Assembly: GCA_035311565.1 (NCBI GenBank)
Contig: DATGCT010000006.1
Location: forward strand, 1 to 24,777
Length of the DNA stretch: 24,777 nucleotides
Reading direction: 5' to 3'
Source of the DNA: Minisyncoccota bacterium
GTDB taxonomy: Bacteria > Patescibacteriota > Minisyncoccia > UBA6257 > GWB1-50-10
This document shows, one piece after another, positions 7,889-17,311 of the stretch. The notes below the pieces were generated by a model. The model made no database searches. It saw nothing but the letters and a program-made list of their open reading frames with translations, and had not been told where the DNA came from. Position 1 is the first letter of the stretch; every line of letters starts with the position of its first letter. Made by a program: the position numbers and the translations under genes.

Positions 7889-9145
7889 TTATTCTTTTTC
7901 CTCCGACTTTTTTTCCTTTTCCTCTTCTTCCTTTTCTTTTTCTTCCTCTGTTGCTTCTTCATCACCCTCCATTGTCTCTTCCTCTGATCCTTCTTCATTA
8001 TCTTCTTTAGTTTCTTCAACTTTTGAAACTCCACCTTCCATTTCTTCATCCGGGTTTGATTGAGGTCGTACATCAATCTTCCAGCCAGTAAGCTTTGCTG
8101 CTAGTCTTACATTCTGACCACCCTTTCCAATTGCTAAGCTTAACTGATCATCAGCTACTAATGCCATTGCTTCCCTTCTTGGTTTTACCTCAACTAACTT
8201 TACCTTAGCAGGAGATAATGCATTAGCAATATACTCATCCATATCCTCACTCCATTCCACAACATCAATTTTTTCATCACCAAGCTCATTAATAACAGCC
8301 ATAATTCTTGAGCCTCTTTGGCCAACTACCGAACCTACAGGATCTACCCCTTCCTCCTCAGAATAGACTGCTATTTTTGTTCGACTTCCAGGTTCTCGAG
8401 CAACTTTTTTTATCTTAACTATGTCTTCTGCGATCTCAGGAACCTCTAACTCAAAAAGCTTTTTAACAAAGTCAGGGTGAGACCGAGAAAGAATAATACC
8501 TGGCCTCCCTCTTTCTTCTTCCTGGACGGCTAAAACATAAAACCTCATTCTTTGACCATTTTGATAATGCTCACCAGGGATTGATTCGTTCTTAAACATA
8601 ATTCCCATTGCTCGGTCCAGATCAACATATACATGACCTCGTTCGTATCTTTGAACCACCCCACTTACAATTTCACCCTCTTTGTCTGAGTACTCCTTCC
8701 TAATCGAGGTTCTTTCAGCCTCCCTTACTGCTTGTATTATTACTTGCTTAGCGGTCTGAGCAGCTATTCTTCCAAAATCTTCATGATCCTCCAGAGGAAA
8801 CCTTACAACACCTCCAGGTTCAACTCCTTCTTTTTCTTTTTTAGCGTCTTCTAATAATATATGACGGTCAGAATTAAATCTGAACCTATCATCATCTGGA
8901 TTGTCTTCCTCTCCTGGCACCCATACATCATCTGGGCTAACCACCTTCTTTTCTAGCCAGAAATTCATTTTCCCTGACTCAGGTTCAAACTTAGCTTTTA
9001 CCGACTCTGATTTTTTTCGATACTCTTTTTTATATGCACTTCCAAGAGCAGATTCAATAGCCCCAATAACATTTTCTGTTTCAATTCCTCGATTTTCAGA
9101 AATTTGATCAATAGCGGATTTAATTTTTTTAAGATCCATTTTCAT
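7889..9145 (-). CDS. nusA: Transcription termination/antitermination factor NusA with an acidic C-terminal tail
   Basis: FGRIAAQTAKQ, S1 domain, LFELEVPEI, AREPGSRTKIAV, LSLAIGKGGQNVRLAAKLTGWKID. The start may instead be 9139. Confidence 0.98.
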   Translation of the reverse strand: MKMDLKKIKSAIDQISENRGIETENVIGAIESALGSAYKKEYRKKSESVKAKFEPESGKMNFWLEKKVVSPDDVWVPGEEDNPDDDRFRFNSDRHILLEDAKKEKEGVEPGGVVRFPLEDHEDFGRIAAQTAKQVIIQAVREAERTSIRKEYSDKEGEIVSGVVQRYERGHVYVDLDRAMGIMFKNESIPGEHYQNGQRMRFYVLAVQEEERGRPGIILSRSHPDFVKKLFELEVPEIAEDIVKIKKVAREPGSRTKIAVYSEEEGVDPVGSVVGQRGSRIMAVINELGDEKIDVVEWSEDMDEYIANALSPAKVKLVEVKPRREAMALVADDQLSLAIGKGGQNVRLAAKLTGWKIDVRPQSNPDEEMEGGVSKVEETKEDNEEGSEEETMEGDEEATEEEKEKEEEEKEKKSEEKE

Positions 9146-9274
9146 AAATCACTTTTTGTTATTTTTAAATATTGCTATACGACTTTATTAAATTTAGTTA
9201 TAACAATATGTAGGGTAAATATAAATCCGCTCATTCTAGAGCGGATAGTTTATACTACCTTGTTTTACATTCCT

Positions 9275-9303
9275 ATAATACACCTGGAACCCTTTTTGGT
9301 CAA
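9275..9303 (-). promoter_or_regulatory. nusA promoter
   Basis: Minus strand TTGACC (9303-9298) - N17 - TATTAT (9280-9275). Confidence 0.55.
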
Positions 9304-9339
9304 GGTTGTTTTACTAATTTTTTAAGTTATTATTAAAGT

Positions 9340-9621
9340 ATGAAAACTGGAACTGAACATTTTAATATTAAAGTTTTTGGCCGAGTTCAAAAAGTCGGGT
9401 TTAGATTTAACGCCAAGAGAAAAGCAGACCGATTAAACATTAAAGGTTATGTAAAAAATGAGTCAGATGGCTCGGTTTACATTGAGGCCGAAGGCGATCA
9501 AGAATCACTTGAAAAATTTATAAGCTGGGTTAAAAAGGGACCTTTATTTTCAAAGGTAAAAAGGATCGAGAAAGAAAAAGACAAAGTAAAAAGTTTTGAA
9601 AAATTTAATATAAAATATTAA
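9340..9621 (+). CDS. acyP: Acylphosphatase
   Basis: GRVQKVGFR, GYVKNESDGSVYIEAEG, KGP. Confidence 0.95.
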   Translation: MKTGTEHFNIKVFGRVQKVGFRFNAKRKADRLNIKGYVKNESDGSVYIEAEGDQESLEKFISWVKKGPLFSKVKRIEKEKDKVKSFEKFNIKY

Positions 9622-9650
9622 AAAAGAGTGGTCTTAAAAGACCACTCTTA
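9621..9650. terminator. Bidirectional terminator
   Basis: AAGAGTGGTCTT-aa-AAGACCACTCTT between the convergent acyP and NUDIX genes. Confidence 0.8.
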
Positions 9651-9653
9651 TAA

Positions 9654-10055
9654 TTATTTTTTTAACTCATCACGCAGAAAATCTGCGTGATTTTCTAAAA
9701 TCAAATCTTCCTGTAGTAACCTCAATATCTGTTTCCGGGAGAAGGTGTTAGCTTTTCTAATTGAGTTACTTATTCTTTTGAATAGCTGAAAAAACTCGCC
9801 CTTAAATATTAGAAATTCATGACCATCCAGAGTTTTTCTGAAAACTGGTTTATAATCTCGAATTACAAACTCAAAATCCGGTAGTTCCTCACGTAATTCT
9901 CTGTCCAGAGTTTGGACATAGTATAATTCACCCCTTTTTTTCTTCCCCCCAGGCAACTTCCATTTATGAGGTTGCGGTTTATTAGCATCCTGAATTAATA
10001 CAACATCTTCTTCAGGAAAGCTTTTAAAATAGCCAAAACATACCCAATCATTCAT
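9654..10055 (-). CDS. NUDIX hydrolase
   Basis: WKLPGGKKKRGE-x8-RELREEL Nudix box (one residue longer than consensus); SD AAGGAGG upstream. Confidence 0.85.
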   Translation of the reverse strand: MNDWVCFGYFKSFPEEDVVLIQDANKPQPHKWKLPGGKKKRGELYYVQTLDRELREELPDFEFVIRDYKPVFRKTLDGHEFLIFKGEFFQLFKRISNSIRKANTFSRKQILRLLQEDLILENHADFLRDELKK

Positions 10056-10271
10056 GTCAACCTCCTTAACTTAATTTTTTATTTACTATCTATATAATGT
10101 ATTAAAAAAACTAAAAAGTCAAGGTATCATACCATTACTTGACAAATGTTTAAATATTCAGTATTTGTTTAATTGCTCAACAAAGCTCTTTACAAAACGT
10201 CAAAATTGTTATCAACAATATATGCACACCACTTTTTGCCTTAATGGTTTTTTACCTGTTTTTATAAAAAA

Positions 10272-10532
10272 TGTTTCACGCTAAACATTTAATATCTATC
10301 AAGAGATGAATATCGATTAAAAACCCCAAGAATGTTTCACGCTAAACATTCTTGGGGTTTTTAAGGTTAACAACATAATTGAAAAACCGGTATTATGTTT
10401 CACGTGAAACATTTTTGATCTAAATAACACCTAAAATGTTTAGCGTGAAACATTAAAAACACATGTAAACGTAAAATTGCAAAAGATGTTTCACGTGAAA
10501 CACTTTTACCGAAAAATGTTTCACGCTAAACA
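10272..10532. repeat. parS: Cluster of six parS-type (ParB/Spo0J-binding) sites
   Basis: Perfect TGTTTCACGTGAAACA at 10396 and 10487; variant TGTTTCACGCTAAACA at 10272, 10333, 10517 and inverted at 10437. Matches the established chromosomal parS consensus. Confidence 0.9.
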
Positions 10533-10550
10533 TTTTTCCATATAAAAAAT

Positions 10551-10667
10551 GTTTGTCACTTTTTTGTCAATGTTTCACACCCATTTCTTGGCTTAACTTC
10601 GTTGATGGAAATGTTTCACACGTTTGTCACTTTTTTGTCAAGTTTTATAATAACATTGACAAAAAAG
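10551..10667. repeat. 20-bp direct repeat interleaved with parS half-sites
   Basis: GTTTGTCACTTTTTTGTCAA at 10551-10570 and 10622-10641; inverted 12-mer TTGACAAAAAAG at 10656-10667; TGTTTCACAC half-sites at 10571 and 10612. Confidence 0.85.
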
Positions 10668-10970
10668 AAATTTAAATTGTTATTAAAAAATAGGTTATTT
10701 TTTAATACAATAAAATATATAAAAGTCAATTAGTGCTTTGACCTATTTTTTTATTATTTTTTAAAAATAATTAACGAGTTTTTAAAGAAATATTAAATTA
10801 TTAAAACAAAGAAGATGAACTCAAAAAAACTTAACCGAAATATTTTAAACCTTCTGGTCAGAATCATTGATAGATATGTTATTACTAAAATTCGATGGAT
10901 TTTAAGGAAAGCCGTGATATAATTAAAACCAGTGGAAACGAGCTTAAAGTAATTTTTAACTAATCTAATA

Positions 10971-13106
10971 ATGGCAAAAAAGAAAAGCAAAAAGAAAAAA
11001 TCTAAAAAAGATAAGAAAAATGTTTTTTCTGATATTCATCCCGAAGTTAGAAAAAATGTTTCCGTAATCACATTTTTAGCGTTAGCGATAATTTTCATAT
11101 TAGCTTCTGTAGGGCAAGCCGGTCCTTGGGGAAGTAAATTTTTTTCATTCTTCGATAAGCTTTTTGGTTGGGGATATTATTTACTCCCCTTAGTTTCATT
11201 TTTGATAGCCTTCTCTTTTCTTCTTCCCGAGGAAAGAAAATTCTGGAAAACAACTTTAATCAGTGCATTATTTTTCGTAATTTCTGGATTAGGCTTAATC
11301 GATATTTTGTCTCCAAAAAATGGAGGACTAACCGGTGCTTTAATTGGGGTTCTTGAAAATCCATTTGGAACCCCGGTCTCGATAATAATTACCGGTGGAA
11401 TTTGTCTTACTACATTCTTAATTATTCTCAACCGACCCTTACATTTCACAAGCTTTTTCAAAAAGTTTAGAGAGAAAATAAAAAATACTTCCCTAAAAGA
11501 AAAAAACCAAAAGTTAGAGTTTGGTATCTCAACCCCTATGGGAGAAGATGAAGAAGAGGCAAAAAGTGAACCGGAAGAAAAATCAAAAAATGCCGAAGAA
11601 AAAAAATCTGACTCAAAAGATAAACAGAAAGAAGAAGATGAAGAGGAACCAGAAGAAAATGAAGAGGAGGAAGATTTTGAGATTGAAACAAGAGAAAGTT
11701 CAGGGGATTATAATGCTCCGCCTCTTTCAATCTTTATCTCAAAAAGTAAAAAACCAACCTCTGGAGACTTACGAGCAAACGCAAATATAATAAGAAGAAC
11801 TTTAGATAGTTTTGGTATTCAAGTTGATATGGGAGAGGTGCAGGTTGGGCCGACCGTAACTCGTTATACATTAAAACCAGCAGAAGGAGTTAAACTTTCC
11901 AAGATCACCGGCCTTAATTCTGACCTTGCTCTTGCTTTAGCTGCTCACCCAATAAGAATTGAGGCTCCAATTCCAGGCAAGTCTTTAGTAGGAATTGAGG
12001 TCCCGAACAAAAACGCAGCAGTGGTCAGACTCGGCAGTATTCTTGCTAAGAAAAAATTTAAAAAAACCTCCCCTCTTACATTCGTATTAGGAAGAGGGGT
12101 AAACGGTGATCCAGTATTTGCTGATATTGCTAAAATGCCTCATGTTTTAATAGCTGGTGCAACAGGTAGCGGAAAAAGTATCTGCATTCACACATTGCTT
12201 CTTTCATTGTTATATAAAAATTCTCCGGAAGATTTAAGGTTGGTTATGGTAGATCCTAAGCGGGTAGAGCTTTCAGTATATGATGATATTCCTCATCTTA
12301 TCTCTCCAGTTATTACTAAAAACAAAAAAGCAGTAGGTGCTCTAAAGTGGGCGATTAATGAGATGGAAAGACGTTATGAGGTTTTACTTGATGCTGGGGC
12401 TAGAGATATAAAAAGCTTCAATAAAGGTAAGGGTGACCATATGCCTTACATACTAATAGTGATCGATGAATTAGCAGATCTTATGGCGTCATACGGCAGA
12501 GAAGTGGAAGGGGCTATCGTTCGATTAGCTCAAATGTCTCGTGCAGTAGGAATTCATTTAGTGGTTTCCACCCAAAGACCTTCTGTAGAAGTAATTACCG
12601 GCTTGATTAAAGCTAACATCACGACCCGTGTTGCCTTACAAGTTGCCAGTGGTGTTGATTCAAGAACAATTCTTGATTCTAATGGAGCTGAAAAATTATT
12701 AGGAAACGGAGATCTTTTATTTATTTCTTCAGAATCTTCTAAACCACAAAGAATTCAAGGTTCCTACATAACCGAGAAAGAAATTAAGAAAGCTGTAAAA
12801 TATATAAAGAAGAATAATGAATATGAAGAAGAAGACGTGGACATGGAAGAAGAAGACGATGCTTCTCCTTCTGCTATAGATTTTGATAAGATAGAAAACG
12901 AAGAAGAAAAGGATGAACTGTATGATGAAGCAGTTAAGGTTGTAAAAAAAGCTGAAAAAGGTTCTGCCTCTCTTCTACAACGTCGTCTAAGGATTGGTTA
13001 TGCTCGAGCAGCTCGCATTTTAGATAGCATGGAAAAGGAGGGTATAGTGGGGCCACCAAGGGGGTCAAAAGCTAGAGAAGTTTATTTAGACGATGAAGAG
13101 GAGTAA
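10971..13106 (+). CDS. ftsK: DNA translocase FtsK/SpoIIIE
   Basis: N-terminal TM domain, RIEAPIPGKSLVGIEVPN, Walker A GATGSGKS, IDELADLM, TQRPS, gamma domain LQRRLRIGYARAAR. Confidence 0.98.
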   Translation: MAKKKSKKKKSKKDKKNVFSDIHPEVRKNVSVITFLALAIIFILASVGQAGPWGSKFFSFFDKLFGWGYYLLPLVSFLIAFSFLLPEERKFWKTTLISALFFVISGLGLIDILSPKNGGLTGALIGVLENPFGTPVSIIITGGICLTTFLIILNRPLHFTSFFKKFREKIKNTSLKEKNQKLEFGISTPMGEDEEEAKSEPEEKSKNAEEKKSDSKDKQKEEDEEEPEENEEEEDFEIETRESSGDYNAPPLSIFISKSKKPTSGDLRANANIIRRTLDSFGIQVDMGEVQVGPTVTRYTLKPAEGVKLSKITGLNSDLALALAAHPIRIEAPIPGKSLVGIEVPNKNAAVVRLGSILAKKKFKKTSPLTFVLGRGVNGDPVFADIAKMPHVLIAGATGSGKSICIHTLLLSLLYKNSPEDLRLVMVDPKRVELSVYDDIPHLISPVITKNKKAVGALKWAINEMERRYEVLLDAGARDIKSFNKGKGDHMPYILIVIDELADLMASYGREVEGAIVRLAQMSRAVGIHLVVSTQRPSVEVITGLIKANITTRVALQVASGVDSRTILDSNGAEKLLGNGDLLFISSESSKPQRIQGSYITEKEIKKAVKYIKKNNEYEEEDVDMEEEDDASPSAIDFDKIENEEEKDELYDEAVKVVKKAEKGSASLLQRRLRIGYARAARILDSMEKEGIVGPPRGSKAREVYLDDEEE

Positions 13107-13137
13107 AATAAAAAATAGGGAAGAACTAAAATAATCA

Positions 13138-13851
13138 ATGGCTAATAATAATTCTCAAAAAAATTTTTCATCAGTATTGATAGAAGCTATGAAAGCTCAA
13201 GGAATGAATGAATCACAATTAGCAGATGCAACAGGCATCTCTGAAAGATTCATTAAACTTTTGATAAAGAATGATCTTAAAAAACTCCCCCCCGCCCCCT
13301 ATCTCCATGGTTATATTTTAAAAATAGCTGAAGTTGTAGACATGGATGGAGAAAAAGTTTGGCGAACATATTTTAAAAATAATAGTAATATAAGATCTTC
13401 AGGCAACACAGATCATTTACCAAAAAATAGATTTTCTGTTTCTAACATAAATGCCAAGATTCTGTTTGGTATTATTATAATAATTGCAGTTATTGCGTAT
13501 TTTGTAATCCGTAGCTTTCTAGGTGTTGATATTACCCGAGAGTTAAACCTTGAAGGTTTCGGCGAAGAACCCGTAATTTCTCAGAATGCCTCTTACAACA
13601 TCAAGGGTAATATAAATCCTAAGTATCAGTTGAAAATCAATCAACAATCTGTTTATCCTGAAAGTGATGGAGATTTTACAGAAACTATTAATCTCAGCCC
13701 AGGTTTCAACACAGTAATGTTTAATATCAAAGGTCCTTTGAAAAGAGAAGAAAAGATTGCCAAAGAAATATATTATAAAACCAATGATCAAGAAAATATT
13801 AATCAAGCAACTACGACATCAGTTACTACTTCATCTATAATCAATAACTAA
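13138..13851 (+). CDS. RodZ-like HTH membrane protein
   Basis: N-terminal XRE-like HTH with [15 protein letters not shown], a single TM, and a beta-rich (Ig-like) C-terminus; lies between ftsK and recA. Confidence 0.8.
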   Translation: MANNNSQKNFSSVLIEAMKAQGMNESQLADATGISERFIKLLIKNDLKKLPPAPYLHGYILKIAEVVDMDGEKVWRTYFKNNSNIRSSGNTDHLPKNRFSVSNINAKILFGIIIIIAVIAYFVIRSFLGVDITRELNLEGFGEEPVISQNASYNIKGNINPKYQLKINQQSVYPESDGDFTETINLSPGFNTVMFNIKGPLKREEKIAKEIYYKTNDQENINQATTTSVTTSSIINN

Positions 13852-13859
13852 ATAATTTA

Positions 13860-14909
13860 ATGGCTAAAAAGAAAAAGAAGAAAAAAAAGAAAAAGAAAAA
13901 GAAGAAAAAAGATAAAGATATCGAAGAATTAATGGACTCCCTACAATCCCAATACGGGGAAGGGGCCATAATGAAGTTAGGTGATCAAAAAAAGATTGAC
14001 GTAGAAAGCATTCCATCTGGGTCGTTCTCTCTTGATATTGCTTTAGGGGTAGGAGGTCTTCCAAAAGGAAGGGTTGTTGAGATATACGGACCTGAGTCAA
14101 GCGGAAAAACAACTCTTGCTCTTCATGCTATTGCTGAAACTCAAAAAGAAGGTGGTAAGGCTGCTTTTATTGACGCTGAACACGCCCTTGATCCTGAGTA
14201 TGCAAAAAAGATCGGGCTAAAAGTTAATGAGTTGATAATTTCTCAACCGGACAGCGGCGATGAGGCACTAAATATTTTAGAAGATATTGTTCGCTCTGGA
14301 GCAGTGGATATAGTAGTGGTGGACTCTGTAGCTGCTCTTACCCCAAAAGAAGAAATAGAAGGAGAAATGGGTGATAAGCATGTTGGTTTACAGGCCCGGC
14401 TTATGTCTCAAGCTCTTAGAAAAATAACCTCTATTGCTGGCAAGTCTAAAACCATTGTCATATTTATCAACCAGATAAGAATGAAGATCGGGGTTATGTA
14501 TGGAAACCCTGAAACCACCCCCGGGGGTCGCGCTCTTAAATTCTACTCCTCAGTCCGGCTTGATATTCGCAGGAAGGCCCAAATTAAGAAAAAGGATGAA
14601 GTTGTAGGGAATAGAGCAAAGGTTAAAGTAGTAAAGAATAAGGTTGCCCCTCCTTTTAAAATAGCTGAATTTGATATTCTATATGGTAAAGGCATTTCAT
14701 ATGAAAGCGATGTTTTAAACACAGCTTTAAAATACGGAGTAGCTAAAAGAAAAGGGCCTAGTTATAGATATGATGGGGAAAGCATTGCTGTAGGCTTTGA
14801 TAACGCAAGAAGGGAATTGCAAAAAGACACCGAACTTCTTGAAGAAATAATGGAAGAAACTAAAAAAGCTATAAAGGAGGCTAATGAATCTAAAGAAGAT
14901 GATGATTAA
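13860..14909 (+). CDS. recA: Recombinase RecA with a 15-Lys N-terminal tract
   Basis: [58 protein letters not shown]. Confidence 0.99.
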   Translation: MAKKKKKKKKKKKKKKKDKDIEELMDSLQSQYGEGAIMKLGDQKKIDVESIPSGSFSLDIALGVGGLPKGRVVEIYGPESSGKTTLALHAIAETQKEGGKAAFIDAEHALDPEYAKKIGLKVNELIISQPDSGDEALNILEDIVRSGAVDIVVVDSVAALTPKEEIEGEMGDKHVGLQARLMSQALRKITSIAGKSKTIVIFINQIRMKIGVMYGNPETTPGGRALKFYSSVRLDIRRKAQIKKKDEVVGNRAKVKVVKNKVAPPFKIAEFDILYGKGISYESDVLNTALKYGVAKRKGPSYRYDGESIAVGFDNARRELQKDTELLEEIMEETKKAIKEANESKEDDD

Positions 14910-14917
14910 ATAAAGAT

Positions 14918-15277
14918 ATGAAATTTATTGGCAAACTTTTTATATCAGTAGTTTCTAATATAGTAGCTATTATGGCATCAGCCTACTTTATCCAGGATTT
15001 TATTTTCGATGGAGATTTTATAGACCTTATTACAGCAGCCGCGGTCTTTACGGTAATTAATTTACTTTTAAGACCTGTTCTAAAATTATTATTCGGCCCA
15101 CTGATTGTTTTAACATTGGGACTTTTTGTCATCGTTATAAATGCTCTTACTATATATATTCTTGACATTATAAGCGGAAGCCTTACAATACAGGGGTACT
15201 TACCACTGATTATCGCTACTATTATATTCAGTGTTATAAACAGTTTTATAAATATTTCAGCACGTTGGGTTAAATAA
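14918..15277 (+). CDS. YvlD/DUF360-type four-TM 'phage holin family' membrane protein
   Basis: INLLLRPVLKLLFGPLIVLTLGLFVIVINA signature. Confidence 0.85.
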   Translation: MKFIGKLFISVVSNIVAIMASAYFIQDFIFDGDFIDLITAAAVFTVINLLLRPVLKLLFGPLIVLTLGLFVIVINALTIYILDIISGSLTIQGYLPLIIATIIFSVINSFINISARWVK

Positions 15278-15280
15278 ATT

Positions 15281-15490
15281 ATGCTAACTATTTTACAAGT
15301 AATTGTATCCGTCGCCTTAATCGTTTTTGTTTTATTGCAAGAACGAGCTAGTGGCCTTGGAGCCATGGGCGGAGGAGGTGGAGGAACCCCTTATCAGACA
15401 AGAAGAGGTATGGAGAAGTTTATATACTGGGGGACAATCGTTCTTGCCTTTGCATTCGTAGTTTTAGCTATCTTAAACCTGGTTTATTAA
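15281..15490 (+). CDS. secG: Preprotein translocase subunit SecG
   Basis: Two TMs; VLLQERASGLGAMGGG...TRRGMEK. Confidence 0.92.
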   Translation: MLTILQVIVSVALIVFVLLQERASGLGAMGGGGGGTPYQTRRGMEKFIYWGTIVLAFAFVVLAILNLVY

Positions 15491-15578
15491 TAACTATCTT
15501 TCAAAAATTAGATTTAATGCCGGTTTTTAATACGAGGATTTGGTAATATTTTAAACAATAAACTCTAATAATTTCTGC

Positions 15579-17216
15579 ATGAAAATTCCTAAACTTATTT
15601 TTTCTTCTTTATCAAACTTTGAGCGCAAACTTTTTATTGCGTTATTCGTTTTATTTTTAATAGCAGTTGCTTCTAGAGGAGTCATTGCCATTAATAAAAA
15701 TAGTAATTTTGTCCCGGTAAAAGGAGGGTATTATAAAGAAGGAGTAGTTGGCCAACCAACTGCTTTAAACCCTATTATCTCTGACAAATCTGTTGACCAA
15801 GCTTTGGGCTCATTAGTCTATGCTACTATTGAAGATTTGAAATCTAACATTGAAGTTAAAAATGGAGCGAAAACTTATATTTTAAAGTTAAAAGAAGATT
15901 TAAAATGGAGTGATGATAAACCACTTACGAGTGACGATGTTGTTTTTACTATAAAAACTATCCAGAATCCTGAAATTCAATCTCCTTACTATAAAACTTG
16001 GAAAGGGGTTGTCATTGAAAGAATAAGTGAGTTACAGATTAAGTTTACTCTTCCTGGACCATATGTTTATTTTGAAAATAATATTAATGATTTGCCTGTA
16101 ATTCCTAAGCACATCTTTGGTGAAATACCTGCTTCTAATATTAGATTATCATCTTATAATTTAGAACCAATATCAAGCGGACCATATGTTTTTAAAGACT
16201 TTTCTAAAAAAAGAAATGGTTTCATAACAGAGTATCATTTTAAAACAAACAATAAGTTTGCAGGAGAAAAACCGTATATTAAAGATTTTTATTTCCGATT
16301 TTACAAGAATGATGCTGAACTATTAAGCGATTTTAAAACAAGAAAAATAGATGGATTCAGCCTTTCTGGTTTACCTGATGAAAGAGTTAAGAAGCTTCCC
16401 AAGGCAGTTATTGAACATGTTTCAATCCCTCGTTACTACGCCACCTTCTTTAACCCAAAATCAACATCTATCTTAAAAAATGATGAATTTCGGAAAGCCC
16501 TTTCTGTGTCGATAGACAGAAAAGAACTTGCTAACGAAATTTTATCAAACGACACCAAAGCCTTAAATAGTTTAGCCGATCTTATAAAAGAAAACCCGGT
16601 TTTACCTCCTAACAAGAAAGAGGCTAAAAAGATAATTTCTGAAGTAAAAGAAGATCACGAAAAAGAATTAACATTTGAAATAATTGTTCCTGAGGTTGAT
16701 TTTATAAAGGAGACTGCTGAATTCATAAAAGAGGACTGGGAATCAATAGGAATCGATAATGTTCAGGTCGTTTCTTTAAAGAGCAATGATTTTCATGACG
16801 CAGTCATCAGAGAAAGAAATTACGAGGCTGTTATTTTTGGAAACGTTCTAAAAAATTCTTTGGACTTGTTTCCGTTCTGGCACTCTTCAGAAAGATTTTA
16901 TCCAGGTTTTAATCTTTCCTTCTATTCCAATGACAAAGTAGATACTATTTTAGAAAACATAAGACAAACAGAAGATGAAGAAAAAAGAAAACAAGAATTT
17001 TTAAAAGCTTCTAAAATAATTCATGATGATTATCCTGCAGTATTTTTATACTCCCTTCCTTATACTTATGTTCATCATGAAAGACTTTATGGGTTTGAGG
17101 TAAGCAGTGATATATCAAGTGCTAGTGATCGATTTGAAAGTATCAATAAATGGTATGTATCCCGAGCCCGGGTAATCAAGGAGGATAACACAAATACTGC
17201 TTCAACCGCCAATTAA
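15579..17216 (+). CDS. Family 5 (peptide/nickel) ABC substrate-binding protein, membrane anchored
   Basis: GGYYKEGVVGQP..LNP, LKWSDDKPLTSDDVVFT, PISSGPY, FRKALS, WHSS, NLSFYSN. Confidence 0.9.
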   Translation: MKIPKLIFSSLSNFERKLFIALFVLFLIAVASRGVIAINKNSNFVPVKGGYYKEGVVGQPTALNPIISDKSVDQALGSLVYATIEDLKSNIEVKNGAKTYILKLKEDLKWSDDKPLTSDDVVFTIKTIQNPEIQSPYYKTWKGVVIERISELQIKFTLPGPYVYFENNINDLPVIPKHIFGEIPASNIRLSSYNLEPISSGPYVFKDFSKKRNGFITEYHFKTNNKFAGEKPYIKDFYFRFYKNDAELLSDFKTRKIDGFSLSGLPDERVKKLPKAVIEHVSIPRYYATFFNPKSTSILKNDEFRKALSVSIDRKELANEILSNDTKALNSLADLIKENPVLPPNKKEAKKIISEVKEDHEKELTFEIIVPEVDFIKETAEFIKEDWESIGIDNVQVVSLKSNDFHDAVIRERNYEAVIFGNVLKNSLDLFPFWHSSERFYPGFNLSFYSNDKVDTILENIRQTEDEEKRKQEFLKASKIIHDDYPAVFLYSLPYTYVHHERLYGFEVSSDISSASDRFESINKWYVSRARVIKEDNTNTASTAN

Positions 17217-17223
17217 AATAAAT

Positions 17224-17311
17224 GCTCTTGTGGTGGAACTGGCAGACACGCAGCGTTCAGGACGCTGTCCGCTTAAGGCGGGTAGAGGTTCAAGCCCTCT
17301 CAAGAGCACCA
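17224..17311 (+). tRNA. tRNA-Leu(CAG)
   Basis: Acceptor GCTCTTG/CAAGAGC, A73, encoded CCA; anticodon arm CAGCG-TTCAGGA-CGCTG; long variable arm; T arm AGAGG-TTCAAGC-CCTCT. Confidence 0.97.

Noticed and set aside
10272..10641. CRISPR array
   Set aside because: The repeats are 16-bp dyads in mixed orientation with 14-47 nt gaps, match parS, and no cas genes are present.
10140..10810. Replication origin (oriC)
   Set aside because: The region is AT-rich and next to parS, but I found only one 1-mismatch DnaA box (TTATCAACA, 10209-10217) and no dnaA/dnaN. A genome-wide GC-skew analysis would be needed.
14918..15277. Prophage lysis gene
   Set aside because: This holin-like family is a common chromosomal membrane protein, and there are no phage genes or integrase nearby.
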